From positions 5,039,434 to 5,103,433 of the forward strand of contig CM082593.2 in NCBI GenBank assembly GCA_040954595.2: DNA of 64,000 nt, written 5' to 3'. Source of the stretch: Balanoglossus misakiensis. Taxonomy: Eukaryota; Animalia; Hemichordata. Below are positions 26,701-38,800 of the stretch, one piece after another (positions within the stretch are counted from its first letter, which is position 1; every line of letters starts with the position of its first letter). Under the pieces are notes generated by a model. It made no database searches. It was not told the origin of the DNA and saw nothing but the letters and a program-made list of their open reading frames with translations. A program made the position numbers and the translations under genes.

Positions 26701-29700
26701 GCGAATATTTCACTTTTTATGATTTTGCGGATAATCTGCACGCGTTCCTGTTGACATAATGTCTCTGCGTTCCGGACACAAAGGTTATTGTGTCTCTGCG
26801 TTCCGGACACAAAGGTTATTAACATGATTTAATGTCGTCTGATAACAAACACTGCCGGCGGAATTTCGGCGTTTAATATTGCCTGGAGTTATAAAGTTTG
26901 ATTAATATCTGCATCTAGGCTGGCCACCCCGAAACGCGTCGACCTTTAAAAAATCTCGCCCCCTAAAGGCGCCGATGTGAATAGCGTATCTGCAACAAGT
27001 ATACTTATAAAATACTAATTGACCTAAATTTATAACTTTTTCGGCTTCTTAAGACTAGTAAAAACTTTTATGGTCTTATGACCGCAGTTAACCTACGGCA
27101 TTTTACAGCACGTGCTGAAGTGACAAATGATGCATTGCGGTCGGGTGCAAGGGGTCATCTTCAACAGGAGTCCTTTTCATGTTTACACATCAAAAAGTTC
27201 TCAATAGCAAGGTCAGATACGTGTTACTGCCGTGAGAATTAGCGAAATACTGTAAACAGCGCAGCGGATATTTGATGTAAATATTTTCCCTTTCTTAATT
27301 TAAATCCCTTTTAACGACACAAACATTAACAGTTGAAGCTAGTGCCCGCCTTTCTAATTAGTTTCCAAGAGTTAATTATCTTGAACGAATAAATATGGGT
27401 TATACCCAGTGATTTGCTCCAGGCATAAGGGCGTATTACCGTAAGAACGTTGCCCCCGCCCACTTGAAAAACGAAATACACGAGAATTGCAAATCTTTGA
27501 AATCGAGAATTAGCAGATCCCGTATGAGGCATCGAGGTGTCCTAGTTGCAATACAGTACACACTGACTAGATTTGTCTCAATGACTTTGAGAAAAGTCTG
27601 CGTGAACCATCTTCAAAGTGTACACATGGTGTTTGTTTATGTCTCGGACAACTTTTGGAAGTTGTTTGATGTAAAAGTTGTTTGTGCTGGCGGTGGTGCG
27701 GAGCGAACGCGTCAATTGTTACCACGGGGTTTCCTCGTTCAAACTGTGTTGATCATGAACCGTTCTTAACGGTGAACCATTGCCAAGTGCAAAAAACATA
27801 TTATGCTCTTCGTGGTCCTTGAGAGCGTGTGAATCTCATTCAGAACCAGCGGTGTTTGGAGTCAAATACGGACAAGGCCGTATACCGCCTGCATGGTGTG
27901 TTTTTACAAGACTGGAATAGAGGAAAGTTGATTGAATACGTGTCAACATTTGACATTCGTTACCCTGGCCGTTGCCCACTCTCCTGTCTACTTCACGTTT
28001 TGTGTGCTGTTTAGAAGATACTAGGTGTTTTGGATATACGCCAAAGTAATCTTAATAACTGGACGAGATCTTGAAACAGACTAATATGCGACGAATGTTT
28101 CACTCTTCATACGGGTGTTCATGTCTGTCTGTCCGTTGTGTTTTGAGCCCGGTCGAGTCTCTGGAGATCCCAAACGAAAGCTGTCATCTGTTATCAAGTA
28201 CTTAAAAACACAGACGCTCTGTTGTTTAAGGGTCCCTGGCATTTTCTATAAATCTCCTTGACAGAATTACAACAAAGCTACACTGAGACTAACAAGTGCG
28301 ATTGTGAAGTTAGTACTGTTCCACATTTCATTTCAACACCAGGAAAACGTGGTTTAGTTCAGTGAAACAAATGGAAATGCCAAGTGATAACTGTCAGGAA
28401 ATGTATTTTTAAATTCCAACGGAGAACAAAAGTTTAACAAACAGTTAATGACCAATTCGCATAATCCACTAATGCGCGTAAACCAGGGATTGAGAAGTGC
28501 GGCGATTTGCATGCCTGGGATGTGTTTGTAGGCGTTTTTAAAGATTAACGAAAGTTTACTGCTCAATAAAGTTGAACACTTGGAAAAAGAAATATGTTTG
28601 GGCACGTTATCAGATGAACACAAATGTCCAACTGAATTTCTTGTGTCATTGCATGCAGCGGAGGGGTGAAAATCATAGAGCCATGAAGATGGAATGAATG
28701 TGCACATACATATTTGGTGGGAATAGTTGTTCCGTCTATTCGACCGCGAGAACTATGCAGTAAAAGTGTCACACGATTCATGAATTAATAAAACTTTCGT
28801 CGGCTTAAGAATGTTTACCCGCAAGTGGTGATAAGGCTTGCTTACCACAAATATTTGTTCAAGCCCTGAAATGATTATTGCGGTAGAGCGGTTTTATGGA
28901 CAAGGGACGCCGCAATTGGCCGACTGTTTCATATTTTGGTCGGTCGATCCAAAGAACATACTCCGAGTATACAACGTAACAATATAGTCCATTGTATAAT
29001 TGAAAATACAATTGGGCAATTAGAGCAGTGGTTCATTGCTAAATTGGTGGCTTACTGCATGAAATTCATGTGACTCCGTTTTGCTGATCTGTGTGACGCT
29101 TACCTTTCCTCACCAGATGAAGTTTTATATGTGCTTTTATAAAGTCCAACAATTCGCCCAACTAGAGTTCCCGTGAATTCCATATACCAGTGATAGTTAC
29201 CCGCACTCAGCTCAGTTTTCATCGCAACGATGTAAAACTGATTGCACGGATAAGGAAATTCATTTTCTATCTCCAGCTGTTGGCTGTTTTCGTCGCTAAC
29301 TCGCGTGTTACTTATCGTCATCTCATCCGGCCGAAAGTGAATTATCAGGTACTTTGTCGGCGACGATATGGTCACGTCGATTGTTTCCCATCCTCGGAAA
29401 TCTTCGGTGGTCGTGTTCGGCCATAACGTCAAGTTGTAGTGAGTTGGTCGCACGTTGTTTGGTAGCCGGATTGCGTGCCACGGTCGGACTGGGTCTGACG
29501 GATCGAGTTGGCATTCGTCCGGGGCCGCAGTGGTGGCGGCCCGCGTCGTTCTATCACCAGACGGAGCCGTCGTCCGTCTCGGTGCCTCGGTCGATTTCGG
29601 AGCCGGCGACGTCGGGTTCCCGACCGACGGCTGATCGACCGGATCGGCGGAGCAGCGCTGGGGGAGCAGCCCGGCCAATAATCCCACTGCAACCAACGTG

Positions 29701-29753
29701 CAAATGACTATGAACGCCACAAAATACAACTTGGACTGCTTGACAAACGCCAT
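20749..29753 (-). CDS. ENPEP: M1-family membrane zinc aminopeptidase, glutamyl aminopeptidase (aminopeptidase A)-like; 20 coding exons, 965 aa
   Basis: Exons (minus strand): 29753-29104, 26661-26520, 26401-26252, 26099-25976, 25828-25674, 25264-25151, 24938-24804, 24514-24449, 24118-24053, 23894-23722, 23549-23473, 23344-23214, 23004-22949, 22767-22620, 22362-22289, 22166-22065, 21768-21601, 21471-21331, 21076-20995, 20892-20749. All introns are GT-AG with compatible phases, total 2898 nt, no internal stop. Protein has an N-terminal type II TM anchor ([22 protein letters not shown]), an S/T/P stalk, [38 protein letters not shown]...[12 protein letters not shown] (HEXXH-x18-E), FDSITYTKG and [10 protein letters not shown]. 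Family assignment is firm; ENPEP orthology is inferred from motifs and the 20-exon layout. Confidence 0.93.
23372..23460. repeat. Degenerate tetranucleotide repeat array (AAAC/GAAC/AAGC/GAAT/AAAT) filling most of aminopeptidase intron 11
   Basis: Seen directly. Confidence 0.75.
25902..25948. repeat. (CAGT)n/(CAAT)n microsatellite in aminopeptidase intron 4
   Basis: Seen directly. Confidence 0.85.
26760..26820. repeat. Perfect 30-bp tandem duplication in aminopeptidase intron 1
   Basis: tgtctctgcgttccggacacaaaggttatt at 26760 and 26791. Confidence 0.9.
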
Positions 29754-30533
29754 GTTTTCGGTGACGCTCTTTTGACGGCGCTGAAGAACCGACCAATGTT
29801 AAGGGACCTCTAAGAAAGTACTACATGAAGTTGCTATGGAACTCGTGATATGCAAGTTAGTGTCAACAGGGCCCTTTATCTCCTTGGGAAATCGGCAGTG
29901 AAAAGGATCCCTATTTAGAAGAGCCCAAGTAATAAAAATACACTATCAAATATCATATATACATAAGTACATACAGCATTTAAATTAAGAAAGCCAAAAA
30001 TAATTCCCAATAAGTCGACTGTTACTTTTAATATCCCAAGCGTCCCTGCAGTTTAACAAGTCGTGTTTTTCCTCTTCATACCTCGATGCGAGTGAGCAAC
30101 AAAGATAAAGAGATGAAGTTGGACGGCAACAGTAATACATAGACATGTAATCAATTATCCATTGCCCCTCGAGCAACTGGATATTATAAATAGTTTAGGA
30201 AAAATGTCGGCGCTCTATATTTTCATGAATGATTGACGTCCGATACAGACAGCTCTAGGATCATTATCTCTGAGAAAATGTAAACGTTTTATTTCCGTAT
30301 CGGCCTGACACTTAAGAACGATCGACCTCAGGGAGTGGAGTTCGTGAGTGCCACACGAAGAAACTAGAGCATTTATAATTGAATTCTAAAAATAAACAAA
30401 AAATGTCAACCAGTGATAACACACGTTCGAGCAATTTGCGAATGTTTACTAGAAAAATGAAGCGTAAACAAAGATGAACTCTGTATATTCGGTGTCACCG
30501 TCTAGAACTAGTATGTCACATGGGAATATAGGC

Positions 30534-30722
30534 CTATATGGAGTTCCCCGGCATTTTTGCTTGGCCCATCACCATGCATTGAACGTTGGTTTGCAACCAT
30601 CTTGCTATTTCGTCATCGTATCTTCTCAGCCAGTTGATGTTACTCTGTACACGTTCCAGGGCCTGCTCTCGTCCCAGGGCCCCGGTGCCTGCATTGGGAT
30701 ACATTTCAAAGAAATCTTTCAT
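30534..30722 (-). pseudogene. Orphan paralogous copy of the aminopeptidase terminal exon
   Basis: Translates MKDFFEMYPNAGTGALGREQALERVQSNINWLRRYDDEIARWLQTNV plus 15 extra aa, against exon 20 [47 protein letters not shown] (38/47 identical). The acceptor catttcacttacag is intact. No other paralogous exons were found upstream in the window. Confidence 0.8.
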
Positions 30723-31913
30723 CTGTAAGTGAAATGAGATATCGAAACGAAATCTTAGAACATGCCGTGACATAATACAGAATTCAATGAGACACACAGT
30801 ACTGTTGTTTTCTGTATTGATATAGGGATCGTGCCCTAATACACTTTATCTAAGGTCATTCTCCCGAATCCCAGAATTAGTTCAATAACTTTGTAGTTTC
30901 CAGACATGGCGTTATGTAATTAAGATGAAAGCTTATGTGTCAGGTAAACTTTGCCATCGAGGTACCACCGTCGTAAAACGATAGCCTTTTTACGGCAACT
31001 CTACGAGTCTCGTCCGGTGGAGTGCTGGATCAGGATAAAGATAGGTCTCGCGAGAATGTCGTGGTTCACGTAGTCGTCGATATCCGAGTTGGTTTTGTCG
31101 TTTGGTTTTCAAGTAGACACAGGAACACCGGGGAGGTATTCGTTTGGCTGTAATTATAAAAAGCCGTGGGGTTATTGTGATGCGATATGGCAAACACGTC
31201 GGTACACGAAGTTCCACTGTCTATGCCCAGCGCTTTTGAACCAAATAATTCGTCTTTCAGAAAAGCAGATTGTTTTTTTACGCAAAGTGCCACTACATTT
31301 TCAGACGTAGGTCGACATTTCCCAACAGAGCACGGGTCTCTTTGTTTGCTCATAGAGCGACCTTTGACCGTAGTTTGTCAATGCCAGATCATTACACACT
31401 CAATAAAAAATAAGACCTGTGCAATCTCCAATATGGCAGGTGGGTAAGACCTTGGTGACGCAAAAATTGCCGGCAGGTGAAGTCTTTTAAAATAGACTAC
31501 CAGTGGCGGAGTCCTTCACAGCACAATAGAGCGATTCTCAACTGGCATGAATATTAAACGAATTTTAATCGCAACCAAAAGGTCTGAACACATAATTCAA
31601 AAGGACGTGGAGATGCATAAGCATTTATGTTATCGATATTAGTTCCCAGCCGTCACGTGACGTTTTTTTGACTCGTAGAATTAAGCGCGCGTCAATATTT
31701 TTAAATATCGCGTCACGCAGGCGCGTTTCTCGCACGCATTACTGGTTGATCGTCCCTGAATCCGCGGTTGTCACGACGTCCATGACGCCACGGACGCAGT
31801 CGACAGGGATTTCGTCCCAAAGGAAGGCGGAATTTTTTACGTTTCTTTCACGGTGTCCCGCGGGACATTCGGCCAACGAGACCGTAATCTTTGATTAGTG
31901 CATCCGCGCCGGA

Positions 31914-34900
31914 ATGGACAAGGGAGAACGTTACGTTCTGGAACGACTGGAAGACGTCTTCATCGCGCATTTGGAAGTGGCACCTGCGCTGTCGGTCCTT
32001 CAACACAAGGGCGTGTTGAGCAACAGGGACACGGAAGCCGTACAGGTAAACAAGCCAAATTGTTTGACATTTTTGCGGTGTATATATATATATCCCTACC
32101 CCCCCCCAAACGTACGGGCTGCTTTATGTTGATTGCCAGCGATAAATGGGTTCAAAGTACTGACTCAAGTCAAGAGTAGGCCTATCTCGTAGTAAAACAA
32201 TGACCATTCATAAAATGGGACTTTTCATGTTCAGATGTCAATATAACTCCGAATGCATTGTTACTCGTTTTATGGCGACGCAAACAGGTGTAGACTGATT
32301 CGTCATACTCTGTAAACTGCGGCACATACCGATGACGGAACCAAAATGGAGGCAGATCGCCATGTTTTGTTTTGTAAACATATTTCTCGCCAAACACACA
32401 CAGTACATTTTGTAGGCCTACTCCACTTCAGTTTAGTACACCCGATATCTGATGTGGTATGCACCGCGCCGAGAAATGCCCGTGGCTGGGATAACGATAT
32501 ATACCCGAATTAGCCTTTTTATTCCTTACAACTGAACATTTCTCTACTCTGCACTTAAAGTGCCCGTCGAAACCATAGCGACTACGGACCTAGCTTAATT
32601 TGTGATACGCCCACGGGCTTCAGGCTATCCTCGTGCGAACAATTCAAAGAAATATCGGTGCATTTTCGGACAGATTTGTTTTCCTAATCACAGAACGACC
32701 CTATTCATGAATTTAGAATTGGTGAGCTATTTCGGAAGTTGCTTTATTCCCTCTAATTTCTCTTCCACCTCTTTTCACACAGGCATCTTCGGGATATGTA
32801 AAACAGGCGACATGTCTGCTCGGCAAGCTGAAGGAGAAAAAGGGCGCGTTTCAGATTCTACAGGATGTGTTGAAGGAACAGAACCGATATCTGTATAACC
32901 GAACACTGAAAGAGAAGAAACGTTACGACGAGCAAGTAAAAGAATCTGATGACCGTAGGTATTCTCGCCTGAGTAAAATAAGCAATACAATATTAATACC
33001 GGAATTCGTCAATTTACTCGGTTCGTTGTTAAGTTGAAATGCTCCAAGGATGCACCAAGTTCCTTTTCAATAATTGACTATGGTAAGAATTGGGCGAAAA
33101 TGGTGTCCAATTTGTGTCACCGTGTGCAAACTCAGCCACTGATTATAGCATGGGTTTTAATCGAGTTTCGTGCTCGTTTGTATTGGTACAATACACGAGT
33201 GTGGTAAATTCAAAGAAAATCCAATTAATACCCTACCTGCTAGTATTTCTCCGAGAAACGCCTTAAGAACCATAGTTTGTGGATGATATTAATGTGTTTT
33301 TGCAATGGTGAATTTAATCGGGAGTTCTTAACAAACTGTGCGTGTCGCAGACCACGAAAATCAATTATCGGTTTTGAAACACCGAGTCTTTCATTTTTTT
33401 ATCCTTTAAAACCCTTTTAGCTCTGTGTCTAATTGAAACGTGGTGAATACGAGCGGAAATTGTTATACAGGGAAATACAAAAAGTGGTTGGAAATCGATT
33501 GTGCCGCGCATTTTCGCTGTTGGGTTTAGTAATAATAGACTGTAAGCGACCATAATTCCATTTGTACTGCGTTGTCTTGGCAACGTGGCCATCGATGATA
33601 TGTTATTGAGGCTGTATTGCAGCGTTATTCTCTGAATTTAAAGTCGTTTTTTTTTATCATAATCCCTTCTGCGGGAAGAATTAGCAGCAAATGTATTAAT
33701 TGCGTCGATACTTTCTCGCATACAGAATACATCCGACCTGGCTGCAACAGCAGACTTGGGAGGTTGGAGAGCAAAGTGGATCATATAATCGGAGCACTGA
33801 ACGAGAGCCGAGATTTGGGTTTACAACAGGGTCTAGATTACCCGGGGGTCAAACTCCTAGCCGCCAGCGCCGATCACGGCACAGAACTTCTCGGTAAGTT
33901 GTGAACACCCAAACGCGGGTCGAATGTAATGAGATAAATATCCGCGGCTTCATGTTGCACGTACATTTCACATGAAAAGCCACTGTCAAGCTCTCGTGCA
34001 CACTCGTATACAAGGCCTACACATCGCCCTCTTCCGATATCTTTCGTTTTTTGGTGGCTGGCACACACATGATCCTGAATCCTTAGTACAGCGCACCCAG
34101 CGGTAGAATACAAATTCCCACTCTATCGCTCTGTCCTCGCTCTATAGATAGCAAAGATGGCGTCCACCGGAATGATGACGTCATACCACTCGAATCCCTG
34201 AAGTCCCTGGCAACCATTCTGTCGCCCTATCACAACATCATCATCGGACACCTGGCTCCGCAGTGGTACGCCAACCAATCGTACAGGATACGCATGATGA
34301 CGTACGACGAATCCATGGTGATCGCGCTGTCTGACTGGCGGGACAACAACGACGACAAGGCGACCTGGAAGAAACTGAAGGACGTCGTGAGGAACACAGT
34401 GGTATACGCCAGTCCGGTTCTGAACAGGATGGACGCCCTCAGGCTATTGGGTAGGCAGATGAGCGTGATATTCTACAAGTAGATCGTGTACAAGTGCGCT
34501 GTACAGAATGTTTTATAGCTTTGTGGTGTTGTTTTCAAGAATCATACATTGAGCTGTTTTGGTATGATTTGTTCTCAAATAATAGAAATCGTTAGTTACC
34601 AAGGCAGTAAGCATTAGTGTGCACTTGCAGTGGTTGATGAATTACTCAATAGTCAGTCTATTAACACGTACCATATGCATGAAAGTCAGCATCTGTGATG
34701 GTGGAAAAAATAGAATTCAAGTCGACTAGTATTCATTTGACAAAAATAGCAACTTTCATGTTGCCTTGTCTTGCAGATTACCAAACTGATAAAAGACTAC
34801 GCATGTTGTCTTTGGACGTCGGCGCAGACGAGTGGAAAGTTCTCGGGAAATATCTCGGACTTTCATCCGTCCAGCTGCTCCACATCCAGGCGGATAATTT

Positions 34901-35360
34901 GAAATTCGGGAATCTGAACCTAAATTACAACATGTTGCTGACTTGGATTTCACTGCTCGGGGAGAAGTTTGGCGACATGCCCGACTTGTTGGCAAAGGCG
35001 CTGGATTCTGCCGACAGGCTGGATCTGGCGGCTTCCGTCCAAGAGTGGCGGGAGCCGAAACCTTTGAGCGCTGTGCCGGAAGAGAATGTTCAAAATGGCG
35101 GAGGCAAATCACCGGTTGGTGGGAGTGAAGATGATCATGACGCAACACTAGCTGGCGAACTATCGAATGCGTCACCAGAGCACGACCGCGAACATGACAG
35201 TGACCAGGAACCCAGTACAGATACACCGCGAGGCGACCGTGACCGGGATTCTAAGATGTCAAAACCGGATCCGGAAGGTGACCTTGACAATGACACCAAC
35301 AAGTCGTCTGCAGAAACCGAAGGCGATCACGTCAAGTCGATGAAAGATGGCGGAAATTGA
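31914..35360 (+). CDS. Death-fold adaptor protein: CARD-like N-terminus, short coiled coil, two death domains, acidic disordered tail; 5 exons, 452 aa
   Basis: Exons 31914-32045, 32783-32954, 33726-33893, 34148-34450, 34777-35360 (1359 nt, open, GT-AG). CARD-like: MDKGERYVLERLEDVFIAHLEVAPALSVLQHKGVLSNRDTEAVQASSGYVKQATCLLGKLKEKKGAFQILQDVLKEQNRYLY. Divergent DD1: LKSLATILSPYHNIIIGHL...ALSDWRDNNDDKATWKKLKDVV. DD2: LRMLSLDVGADEWKVLGKYLGLSSVQLLHIQADN...NYNMLLTW...LAKALDSADRLDLA. AATAAA at 35595. Domain calls are by eye, not by HMM. Confidence 0.8.
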
Positions 35361-35720
35361 TCAAAATATCGACAAGCAAGCAGAAAATCTATCTCAGTTA
35401 GAAGAAAAAGACACCCGGATAAACCGATAGAAATCAGCAGCTTGGACGTCATACACACGAATCTCTATATTAAGAATATTTATGAATATACATATATAGA
35501 TTCATTTTATACTAATTATTGTACTTGTAAGCTTTGTGTTTATCTGTGTCATGTATTTATAGGCCTATATGTATATTTTTATTGGCCTGATTGAAATAAA
35601 TAAATAGAGATAAACAACACAAGATGAGAAGTGTGCTATATAGTATTATTTGTCAAATTACCTGACCCTTTATCCTTACCTGTGTAAATATGTGTATTAA
35701 TTGATCTCAGCCTTGATTGT

Positions 35721-35816
35721 GTAATGGTATTAGTCACCCCATTGCCTTGGTCGAGTAACGGTATTAGTCGCCCCATTTCCTTGTTCGAGTAACGGTATTA
35801 GTCACCCCATTGCCTT
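35721..35816. repeat. 34-bp minisatellite, about 3 copies
   Basis: gtaa(t/c)ggtattagtc(a/g)ccccatt(g/t)ccttg(g/t)tcga repeated, downstream of the death-fold gene polyA signal. Confidence 0.9.
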
Positions 35817-38800
35817 ACACAAACAGGTGAGGTGAAACACAATACATGTTTGTGTGCCTTCACCACAGTACACTACTATGAATCCCTAGTTTTTCTACCT
35901 TCTCCCATTTCCAAGGACATGACGTCACGATTGGCTGTCATTTCGAGGAACACCCTTGTCATTTTGAATGGTCTGTGCGAGGAGTTGATACTTTATGCCT
36001 TGAGCTCGTTGGCGTTATCCAAGTCTTGACATTAGAAAGTGATTGTTTTTCTGTAAGCAAATAGATGGTGAAATGCAATACAGTCTCTTGTGTAGACCTG
36101 ATTTCGTCGAACTCAAGATCATATTCCCAAATGCACTCTGCTCAAGCAATGCCTCTTCCTTTATTAAAATACCGACATCTGCTTCGGGCTGTTAGCTTCG
36201 GCGAAGTCTTGATAACATTTCAAACTTCACCCCCCCCCCCCCACCCACTCTGTGGATCATGTATCATGTTACTCAAAGCGAAGCTCTTATTACGCCAATC
36301 ATTTTGCGAACAAATACTAATGGTCCAGACTTTGAGGTTAGATATTGCATTCATCGAGCTATCTTCTCTAGCAGTAACCATCAGTGGCGGCAAAAGGCCA
36401 CAGTGCGTGATGGAAGTCACTAGACAACTTGTAATATAAAAATTGCGATCATACCATTCCATATTCTAAAAAATCGCATATCATAAAATCACATTAGAAT
36501 GGCCATTTGTAAAGACAAACACAAAGCAGGACAGCATAATCCAATTAAGTACAAGGAATTAAGCCAAATCTATGTGATAAAGGTATATGGACTTCTGAGA
36601 AAAAATACCAAGAATTGATGTTAGATGGGTCGAAAATAGTTAGGGGACCCTGTTCCATATGTGGCTCCCTTGATATACAAATCCGTGTGTAAAAAATAAG
36701 AAACAGTCATACTAGTACTAGTTCGAAGGAAAATGTCAACAATGGTATTAGTGATAATTTCTCCAAGAGATAGACCGTACTGATGACGCCTGCCGCAGAG
36801 CGTTTGAATGTAGATAAATACACAGTGACTTTGATTGTAAATTTGCAAGAGAGATTTCTGTGTCTCTCTGTAAAATCACCGTGTCAACTACATGCTCTTG
36901 CTAAAGGCATAATCTTAGGAATGTGATAGTGGAATATTGGCTTCAATTGCTGATAGTAAAATTGAAATAACCGCTCCTGCCATGCAGCCTGTATAATGGT
37001 GGCAGTTGGAGCCAAATCCGAGAAAATATCATTACTCTGAAATGTGCAATTATTGTAAAAAAAAAATAAACTGTACAATAAAATCCAATAAAGCAAGTAA
37101 TGGGGTTTTCCCACGATGATGTTGTTTCCGCGCAGATCTGCAATTGAGTTATTAGCCTATCGGGGTGGAACCATAACCTTGCCTGTTTGTGCTAGATGAT
37201 ATTGCATCGGAAAATATGTCAACGGTAAATCAGGAGACTGGCGCTCAAACTAGTACTTAGAAGTACATGTAACTCCTGTGTGATAGGATGTAGTTATACA
37301 GCTTGGCATCTCTTCTTTGTATACGTAAAGTACTTTGTACGTATAGTGCCTATTTTACGTGGACACCACAATGCGTTGCACGATGCATCAAAATGATGTA
37401 AGCTATCATTGTCCTGTGATCTGAACTGTCAATGACTGCGTGTAAAATTTCCTCCAATTAAAATGCTACGTTAACAGCGAGGGGGTTATCTGAATCTTGT
37501 AGCAAGTGTAGTAAGCTGTGTCGCCATAGCAATCTTTTCATTTACTTTGAATGTATACGTCTTAATGATGTAAACACCATCGAGTATGTTTACGTTCGTA
37601 CGGTTAAAATTGTAAGAAACCCCAGCAAGAATGTATGCTGAAGATAGGAGAAATGCAGGCATTTATAAGATATACTATTCGAGCTACTGAATCTCACTTA
37701 GTGAAATTTTAGAATGACCCAGATTTCTAGACACGTATTTGATATCGCCATATAAGGTATGTACCACTTGAGTAGAGCGAAAGAGTTAAGATAGAAAATC
37801 GCCATCATAAAAAAACGTATAGAGGCATTCAATAATCGAAGACTGACGTTTTCTTCTTGATTATGTCATGATCTAATCTGTTTTGACTGTTAAACTTTCG
37901 AGCGGGATGTTTCTGCACAATAACAACCTCATCATCGTGTTACGTGTATCGATTACCGCGAGCGGTCTGCGTCGTGAACGTAATACTTACCTGCGGCGGG
38001 GCTTTGGCGCATGACCGCAAGCTTGGCGGTATTACCGTGGAAGCCTTATACATCATAAAACGGGAAGTGATAAACAAGGATAATAGGGCAATGGGGTGTA
38101 TTGCCTCTGATTATTGCGGATAGTTATATGCTTAACTCTGGATGATTGAACGGCGGTCTTTCGAGAAAATCCCAATGAAAACGTGAGGCCCAACCTGTAC
38201 GATTTGCTTTTCAGTAACCTGGTCATTTTCCGTGCGTAAATTAACTGTGGGGTTTGTTGTTTGCCATTCCTTGTAATGAAAAGGTGAAATGTCACGAGTG
38301 ATACTTGCTTAAGGAATGATTTAAGCGACAGTGACTGAATATCCGCCTTGGTTCCCGGTGAAATATGAAGTGCTGTGTAAAATGTTAAGCTGCGGTATTT
38401 CGGATAGTATGATTGCAATATAACGTATTGCAATGGATGCGATTGCCCGAATATAACACACGGGGACATGGCATCCAAGAATAGGTCTATACATGGAAGT
38501 CTGAGCAAACGTTCTTTATTATCAGAGGGCAAGGCATCCCATTTGCTCTGGCAAATTGGTTTCCGGCCCCCGGGCATGTAGTCTTCTAATGCAGCCATGT
38601 TGGATAATTACCTCCAAGGCAAACAAGGCCCGCCTAGACAAATGTACACGTACCGACTCCGCAGCAAGTAGGCACTTCACTGCAAATCACTTTGTGGTAA
38701 AATTTGAAGAGGCACAAGTTCGTCATTGACCGACACTGCTGTCCGAGCTGATTACCGTGGAGAGCTTCATAGCGAGCGCGTATGCAGTTCATATCATACC

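Noticed and set aside
31800-31875. NF-kB-like sites (GGGATTTCGT, GGAATTTTTT) upstream of the death-fold gene
   Set aside because: They do not match GGGRNWYYCC well enough to call.
35721-35816. Regularly spaced ~34-bp repeats that could suggest a CRISPR array
   Set aside because: Head-to-tail minisatellite without unique spacers, no cas genes, eukaryotic context.
37983-38050. ATACTTACCTG, identical to the U1 snRNA 5' end
   Set aside because: Similarity stops after 11 nt, with no U1 stem-loops or Sm site. It is better explained as a minus-strand splice donor.
38053-38598. 181-aa minus-strand ORF
   Set aside because: No recognisable domain or motif and no supporting exon structure; treated as a chance ORF.
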